DNA of 64,000 nt. Origin: Caecitellus pseudoparvulus (Eukaryota; Protista; Bigyra: Bicosoecida). Location of the stretch: contig CBFFRQ010000084.1 of the NCBI GenBank assembly GCA_965644315.1, positions 1 to 64,000 on the forward strand. The letters are read 5' to 3'. The notes below the pieces were generated by a model that made no database searches, was not told the origin of the DNA, and worked only from the letters and a program-made list of their open reading frames with translations. The position numbers were made by a program, and so were the translations under genes. This document shows, one piece after another, positions 58,104 through 64,000 of the stretch (position 1 is its first letter; every line of letters starts with the position of its first letter).

Positions 58104-59264
58104 TCACTTGCGCTTGCGCGGCCTACCCCGCCCCCGCTTCACTTGCCGTGTGGTGCCGATCATGCGTGGCTTCTTGGCCTTGTGCCCAGCACCGCCGCCA
58201 TCAGCGTCAGCCACCGCGTCGTGGACGTGGCTGGCCTCGTCCACGTCCGCAAAGGACAGGAGCTGGGCGATGGTACTGCCTTCCCCTTCGCCCCCCTGCA
58301 GCGCTCCGCCCATGGCTCCAATGACGCTTTCCAGGTGCTCCAGCTGCACGAAGTCATTCACGATACTCTCCACCTTGGCTTCTGACTTGCCGATGCCCAC
58401 GACCAGGTGCGTTGCACAGGGGACGATGGTGCCTGCGTAGCGGTGCCCTTGCAAGTCCAGGATCAAGCCGCTCTTGCTGCTGGTCAGCCTGCCCACGGCG
58501 CCAACGTCACCGCTCACGTCAAAAGCATCCCCAGCCCCATCTGCTTGAACCAGCACTGTCGTGCGGCCTGTTCGGCCGCCTCCTCGAGGCATGACCAAAG
58601 GCAGTTCAGAGGCGGGAACCCTGCTGCGTTGAGACGCCACGTTGCCGCTGCTGCCAGCCTTACTTGCTTCCTCACTCGCAGGAGGACCGTCTGAGCTGGA
58701 CGTCTTGTGCGAAGATGACTGTGTGGGGTTGCTATACTGCACAACAGCGGAAGCCGCCAGCTTTGCGGCATGAGAGTCAATCGCTGAAGCCTGAGTGGCA
58801 GAAGAGCTGCCTGACTGGGCAGCAGCCGCTAGCTGAGGTGATGCAGTGTGGCTTGGGAGAGAAGGGGTGTGATTTTCTTGGGGGGAGTCCATCACAGCCT
58901 TCGGGGAGTCCCTCGTTGGGCTCCTGGGACGTTTTCGGCGTGGAGACACTTGTGGCGTTTCGCCAGTCGACGAAACGCCAGGGCTTGCCATCCCTTCTGC
59001 TGTTCCCTCGCCGTCCAACACCTTCATCGCGCGCAAGACGTATTCCTTCACTTCCCCCTTTCGATGTGCAAATGAGCAGCCGTAGTGATCCTCCAGGGCC
59101 TGCGAAACGGAAAGGGAACCGAGTTCAAAACAGCGATGGCGCGGGGCATCGGCTGCGCTCCTGCCACGCACAAGCCTCAGCTGCTTCATACTCATGCTCT
59201 CTAGCTGGCACTTGCGCAGCAGCTTCATCACAGCCCGTTCCACTCGTTTGCCATCGGGCTCCAT
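58104..59264 (-). CDS. DEK-C domain, BIN4/MIDGET-like domain and AT-hook protein (intron 59100-59171)
   Basis: N-terminus LESMSMKQLRL|ALEDHYGCSFAHRKGEVKE (DEK-C). LPLVM..RTTVLVQADG..FDVSGDVGAVGR..LDLQGHRY..TIVP..T.LVV.IGKSEAKVESIVNDFVQL matches the plant BIN4 C-terminal domain. Ends in KRGRGRPRK. Confidence 0.8.
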   Translation of the reverse strand: MEPDGKRVERAVMKLLRKCQLESMSMKQLRLVRGRSAADAPRHRCFELGSLSVSQALEDHYGCSFAHRKGEVKEYVLRAMKVLDGEGTAEGMASPGVSSTGETPQVSPRRKRPRSPTRDSPKAVMDSPQENHTPSLPSHTASPQLAAAAQSGSSSATQASAIDSHAAKLAASAVVQYSNPTQSSSHKTSSSDGPPASEEASKAGSSGNVASQRSRVPASELPLVMPRGGGRTGRTTVLVQADGAGDAFDVSGDVGAVGRLTSSKSGLILDLQGHRYAGTIVPCATHLVVGIGKSEAKVESIVNDFVQLEHLESVIGAMGGALQGGEGEGSTIAQLLSFADVDEASHVHDAVADADGGGAGHKAKKPRMIGTTRQVKRGRGRPRKRK

Positions 59265-59522
59265 GCTGCGCTCCTTTGCCGTGTCCGACTCCTGAAGAGA
59301 ACTGCGGAGTGACAGCTGTGGTGCGCTTCGACGTGCTCCGCTGGCAATCTGATGCAGCGCAAAGAATTGATGTTAAAGCTCATCCTGGCTGGAAGCCTAC
59401 GTGTGCTTTGGGGGTCTTATGGGAATCTGTGTTTGTAGCAGTCTGGGGGGGTGCCTTCTGCAAGGGGCTTGCGGGCTTGGCGTGATGGCCTCAAGCCATC
59501 CTCACTCTTGCACAAGCGCGAC

Positions 59523-59544
59523 CAGGGATCGTCAGGGTGTCCGG
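59523..59544 (+). repeat. Left terminal inverted repeat of the hAT element
   Basis: Exact reverse complement of 63640-63661. Confidence 0.97.
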
Positions 59545-59865
59545 GAAGCTATTTCCGCACCTTTTTTGCTGAGATGCCGGACACCCCAACCTTGGGGGGG
59601 GTGCCCCCCTTGTGGACCCCCCCCCCCTTCGCCGCCCGTGTGCAAGGTGCTGAGAGACGCTCATCCTCCTCCCTCCGCCTGCTTGCCAGCGCTGGTCCCC
59701 GAGCAGGGTCAAGTGCCACTTTGCCATCAATGCACCAAATCATAACACTGTTTTGTATTTGAGGCTTGATATTTACGCCCCTAGGCTCCTGAACACAACC
59801 AGGTTCGTTTGCAACGGAGGTGCTGTCAGCCGGGGTTTCGGTCACGTTTCACTTTACGCCTCATC

Positions 59866-62800
59866 ATGGCAGAGGGCACGGCTGAGTCTGGGGAGGATGT
59901 GACTGTCGCTGAGCTCCCTCGAGCTGTTAGATTGTCAACTGAATTGAAGGTTTTCTTCCGCAACGGCTGCCTCTTGCGAGAGCTTTGCAGCCGGGAGGCA
60001 CTCCGTCACTTCTGCGACACCAAGACCAAGAATCAAGGGAAGGCTGCAGTTGAGAAGTGGAGGGCTGTGTGCCCAGATCTACGCATTGGCAACTTCCCCC
60101 TGCTTGCAATTCTTGGGCTGAAGGGTTGGAAGGCAAAAGGGAACAGTCTCGCGGATTTCCAGCGGTCAGATTCGCGCACTGGAAAACCAATCCTGTGGTC
60201 CGAGACCCTGAAGTGCTTCGTTGAAGCACGAAAGGAAACGCTTCTCAGAAAGCACCTGCCGGCCAAGCATCACATGACCAAGCAAGAAGTTCTTGCACTG
60301 GCCAAAACGTTCAGTGTTGAGAAGCCCATGAAAGCTCAGTCTGACAGTGAGGCATACAGAGCCCTGGGACACGTCACACGGAACCTCGTGCATGAGGCAC
60401 AGGTACTTGTCGAGTCAGTGCCTGTCTCGGGAGAGACGATCGCTCATGATAGCAAGTCTCACTCGCGAATCGCTCAAAAACTTCTGGTGCAGAACTTCGC
60501 TTCCTATGGGCTGTCGCCGCAACAGATTGCGAAGGTGATGTCCCCTGAGAACCACATGCTGATGACCGTATGGGGTTCAGAAGCCTCTTCAAGCACGATG
60601 TACAGGGACATTCGACAAGCAGCCGATGACATAACTGCTGATCTGCGCAAGAAGCTGGCAGAGAAACCAGAAGCCATGGTGTCCCTTCAAGTGGATGACA
60701 CAAGCATCAGCCACACGATGCTGAATTGTACTACAGTCGTGCTGTCATGCCCTTCGCTGCTTCCAGAGCCGATTCCTTGCCGAGTTTTCTTGAAGGTAGA
60801 TCATTCAGATGCCCGTGCAATCACGGAGCAGATCCTTGTGGTCCTGTACGAGCTGGATCTCAACCCAGCCAGACTGGCTGGGATTGTATGTGACAACGCC
60901 ACGGTCAATGTGAGGGCCATCAAAGACTTGCAACGCCTCGGCAGCGCAATCTCTGCGCTGCCTGCTGGTGAAAGCTGCCGTCGTGAAGTGGAATGCGCAC
61001 TTGGGCATCGCCTCGATGGTCTAACCAAGGAAGCTGCTGCTGCGCTCGGCCGCATTCAATGCCAGGAGGAAGTGAGAAGGCGAGATGCAGCAGGCCTGGG
61101 TGACGACTACTTTGACCTAAGTACACCTGTAGCTGCCACTCCTTCTCGGGATCCTGGACCTGAGGTTGAGATTGTTGATCCCGTCACAAATCTGACAAGG
61201 AGGGAGATTGAGGAAGCAGCTTCGACTGATTTCATGCGCGTGCGCGATGATTCTGTTCCACATAAAAAGCTGGACGAGAGCAAGGCTACATTTTGCCGAC
61301 GAGTGCTGTGTGAGTGGCTTGACTCCAGTTCTGTCAGGAAGGGGATGGCGAGCTTGGCACTGCTGCCACGCGTGCCCTGCATGGCACACTCGGCAGCATT
61401 GGCCGTGGGGGAAGTGTTCGACGAATTCGAGTGGGGTGTTGAAGTTTGTCAGCGCGTCAAAGACCTCTTTGCTGGCCAGAACCCTGCTCCCCATCGCGAG
61501 TCTGCCAAGGCGGCATCGGCTTACTCGTCTGACTACCTCTTCGCACCTACACGCTGGGGCAGTGTATGGAAAGCTGCGAAAGCGATCCTAATCAAAAGGA
61601 AGGCCTTGATTGCGTGGCTTTCAGCTCAGTCGCGTTCCGGCTCGGGGTCTAACACAACTGTGTTTGAGAACAAGGCAGAAAGGGCATTGAATAATCTGCG
61701 CAGGTTTGACACAATGCTGCAGCTTGCAGCAATGGTTGAAGTGGCAAGACCACTTGTGAGCATGATTGAAAAGTTGCAAAGTCACATGGGTCATGAGGGT
61801 GGTACAGAAATGTTTGCATTTGTTGAGAACAAGCTGAGAGAAATTAGACAAGGGCAACGTCAACCCACGCTCTCTGCTGAGGTACTCATAGTCGGTGCAG
61901 ACCGGGCAGGAAGAGCAAAGTGTCTAGCTGAGCTTGATGGGAGCTTTATACGTGACTCAGATTCTGCGAGAAGATACCTGCCAGCTCCGCAGCACGCTCG
62001 AGCAACCGCCGCTAAGTTGCGCCTCCAGGCTGCGGATCGGGGATGGAGGAAGCTCAAGGAGTGGGGCGCAGTCATCGCCGCCAGGTGGAAGCTCATGGAC
62101 CTGCTGCGCCCACGGCCAGACGCTGGTCTTCGCTTTGCACACCTCGAAAAGTCAGTCCCCAAGTACTACACGCACGCAGAGCCTGGGAAGCTTCCCCGTT
62201 CTGCTAGGTTCTGTGTTTTGGTCATGAACCTTTGCAGAGGGCAGATAAACCATGGACAAGAGCTGCTACACTTGTTGAACAACAACGTGGGGACTGCTTT
62301 GCAAATTGAGGAAGAGTGGCGTCACTTTGTCGCATACTGTGAGAGTCACCGAGAGCTTGCTTGCCTTGAGATCGGCAGCGATGGCAGAAAGCAAGCCGAG
62401 CCCTGCAAAGATCTGGAGGCATGGTGGAGAGAAAAACGAAGAACTTGGCCTCTCCTCTCCCGTATAGCGCAGGCATTGTACTCAACACCAGTCACAAGTG
62501 CAGGCGCTGAGCGCTTCTTCTCCGTGCTGACCGACTGGTGTGCCAGTGGCAAGAGGACCAGGGCACACACACAATTGCTTGGCAGCCAACTTCTGCTGCT
62601 TTCCAATCAGCAGTTTGTGACTCGGCGCATCAGGGACTGGCTGACCCCACGCTTCAAAGTGTGCAACTCTTCAGTCGACTCTGTTCGCCAGGAGCAGGGC
62701 CAGGCACTCGTCAAGGGCCTGGATGGGCTAGCTGGGCAGCTTGTTTCCTCTCGAGTTGCCCCTGCTGCGCGTGCATGCTCACTTGCCGGGGCTTCAGCTG

Positions 62801-62973
62801 CCCCTTCACGCCGGGCTGTTGGTGGCAAGAAGAGAGTCCGAGCGGGAGGAGCGCCTCCAAGCGGTCCCAAGAAGGCGCCGAGGTCCGGTGGAGGGAAGCA
62901 GGGAACGCTTGATGACGTGTGGAGAAACAGATCAGGTGCTGAAGATAGCATACCAATGCAAAGTTGGCTTTGA
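59866..62973 (+). CDS. hAT transposase
   Basis: Motifs SLQVDDTS (D), IVCDNA (D), CMAH (CxxH), TRWGS, and WWREK..WPLLSRIA..TPVTSAGAERFFS (E; hAT C-terminal domain). Confidence 0.95.
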   Translation: MAEGTAESGEDVTVAELPRAVRLSTELKVFFRNGCLLRELCSREALRHFCDTKTKNQGKAAVEKWRAVCPDLRIGNFPLLAILGLKGWKAKGNSLADFQRSDSRTGKPILWSETLKCFVEARKETLLRKHLPAKHHMTKQEVLALAKTFSVEKPMKAQSDSEAYRALGHVTRNLVHEAQVLVESVPVSGETIAHDSKSHSRIAQKLLVQNFASYGLSPQQIAKVMSPENHMLMTVWGSEASSSTMYRDIRQAADDITADLRKKLAEKPEAMVSLQVDDTSISHTMLNCTTVVLSCPSLLPEPIPCRVFLKVDHSDARAITEQILVVLYELDLNPARLAGIVCDNATVNVRAIKDLQRLGSAISALPAGESCRREVECALGHRLDGLTKEAAAALGRIQCQEEVRRRDAAGLGDDYFDLSTPVAATPSRDPGPEVEIVDPVTNLTRREIEEAASTDFMRVRDDSVPHKKLDESKATFCRRVLCEWLDSSSVRKGMASLALLPRVPCMAHSAALAVGEVFDEFEWGVEVCQRVKDLFAGQNPAPHRESAKAASAYSSDYLFAPTRWGSVWKAAKAILIKRKALIAWLSAQSRSGSGSNTTVFENKAERALNNLRRFDTMLQLAAMVEVARPLVSMIEKLQSHMGHEGGTEMFAFVENKLREIRQGQRQPTLSAEVLIVGADRAGRAKCLAELDGSFIRDSDSARRYLPAPQHARATAAKLRLQAADRGWRKLKEWGAVIAARWKLMDLLRPRPDAGLRFAHLEKSVPKYYTHAEPGKLPRSARFCVLVMNLCRGQINHGQELLHLLNNNVGTALQIEEEWRHFVAYCESHRELACLEIGSDGRKQAEPCKDLEAWWREKRRTWPLLSRIAQALYSTPVTSAGAERFFSVLTDWCASGKRTRAHTQLLGSQLLLLSNQQFVTRRIRDWLTPRFKVCNSSVDSVRQEQGQALVKGLDGLAGQLVSSRVAPAARACSLAGASAAPSRRAVGGKKRVRAGGAPPSGPKKAPRSGGGKQGTLDDVWRNRSGAEDSIPMQSWL

Positions 62974-63549
62974 GGCACTGATCTTGGCGGGCTTTCTTTT
63001 CAGGCCCGAGACACTGCTTGCGGAGACAAGTTTCAAGGATGGTCCAGGCGGGTGGATCCGGGAGCTCAATGGAGGCGCCTCTCCTGCTTGATACTAATTC
63101 CCTTTTGCGCGATTTGGGCAAGGTTTCATCGCAAAGTGTGTCTGCATACTATTTCCACCCCTCATGGCTTTCGCTCCTTGTACAGGAGGGCGTACGCGGA
63201 GCTCTGGGCATCCAGGCAAGCGACACCACACAGACCACAGATCACCACGCCAACCAAAACAGTGCCGTACAAGCAGTATCGCACACATTTTGCAGTATTT
63301 GGGCTTGGTACCGTGTTGAGTAGGACAAGATTGCCTGCCCAGATGCAAAGCTGCAGCAATATCTGTACAAATAATCAAATATGACCATAAAGTTGCTTGC
63401 GTGCTCTGCCAAGGATTGGGTATCTCACTTGAAGCGCATTACGAGGCGCAAAGATTCACAGAGGAGACACAAAAAGACGCATTCTACCCATAAGGCGCTG
63501 CAATGGACCACAGGATATCGTTTATTGAGGTCTTTGAGGGGGGGTTCAA

Positions 63550-63649
63550 GAACTGGCCGAAGGCCAGTTCCCGGACACCCGGGTGTCCAGCTGGAGGGGC
63601 CGAAGGCCCCCTTCAGCCGGACACCCGAAGGGTGCGGAGCCGGACACCC
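63550..63649. repeat. hAT subterminal CCGGACACCC repeats and hairpins
   Basis: CCGGACACCC at 63571, 63617 and 63640 (also at 59577 and inverted at 59535). Palindrome at 63573-63588. Three GAA-loop hairpins. Confidence 0.9.
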
Positions 63650-63661
63650 TGACGATCCCTG
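63640..63661 (-). repeat. Right terminal inverted repeat of the hAT element
   Basis: CCGGACACCCTGACGATCCCTG, followed by the TSD AGCGCGAC. Confidence 0.97.
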
Positions 63662-64000
63662 AGCGCGACAAAATAATCACACCAAACACTTTTCAACCTA
63701 TCTCAGGCGGGGAGCCCGAGCTTCTTCCTTCAAGTCTGACACGCTTTGGGCTCAGAGCGGTCTGCGCCGCGTCGGGATCGCAAGCGGAACTTGGCAGTTA
63801 TTGCCGCTGTTGTTGCATTTAACTCTGGGAAGGCAGCTGAAAGTGAGATAGCTGCAGCAGTCCTGCGTCTTTGCCTGATTCAATACCCCCTTGCACTTGT
63901 TTCTGCTCGCAGTGGCGATAAACTTTCGTAACTTTATGGGCGACTTTCGCCCGATGCCGGGTGGGCGTGGTGGCGGCATCGATGCAGACGTCGCAGCCCC

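Larger units (their letters stand above)
59523..63661 (+). mobile_element. Full-length hAT-superfamily DNA transposon (4139 bp)
   Basis: 22-bp perfect TIRs CAGGGATCGTCAGGGTGTCCGG (59523-59544 and 63640-63661), 8-bp TSD AGCGCGAC (59515-59522 and 63662-63669), an intact transposase ORF, and visibly lower GC than host genes. Confidence 0.97.

Noticed and set aside
62974-63540. Cargo gene or guide RNA (Fanzor/TnpB-like) in the hAT 3' region
   Set aside because: Only short ORFs without RuvC or zinc-finger motifs, and no recognisable RNA structure. It looks like 3' UTR or spacer.
59400-63822. Host gene disrupted by the hAT insertion
   Set aside because: Rejoining the flanks at the TSD gives only a short unrecognisable frame. 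The insertion appears intergenic.

Overview
Gene-dense, GC-rich eukaryotic nuclear DNA with short (about 65-150 nt), mostly GT-AG introns and very short intergenic gaps. It probably comes from a flagellated protist; a stramenopile-like heterotroph is my inference from the NME7, HYLS1-like, PKD2 and DIX-auxilin genes and is not proven. About 29 protein genes are present. They include housekeeping genes (PSMB3, eEF1B-gamma, PGM, JMJD4, OGFOD1, SENP, TBC RabGAP, membralin, cornichon, CCDC86, SLC25A39/40) and a GH92 mannosidase. There is also one tRNA-Lys(CTT) and a complete hAT DNA transposon (59523-63661; 22-bp perfect TIRs, 8-bp TSD). Main observations: (1) an otherwise unannotatable ~1414-aa protein whose N-terminus has the 4-TM, cysteine-loop signature of innexin/pannexin/LRRC8 large-pore channels; (2) a recurrent AATGCA hexamer just downstream of stop codons, palindromic between convergent genes, which is a candidate non-canonical poly(A) signal; (3) near-canonical ubiquitin fused to ribosomal protein eS30; (4) a DEK-C/BIN4/AT-hook topoisomerase VI accessory-like protein; (5) cGAAg mini-hairpins at the hAT end and a PIP-box-like motif in its transposase. 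All family calls are by-eye motif recognition; no searches were run.
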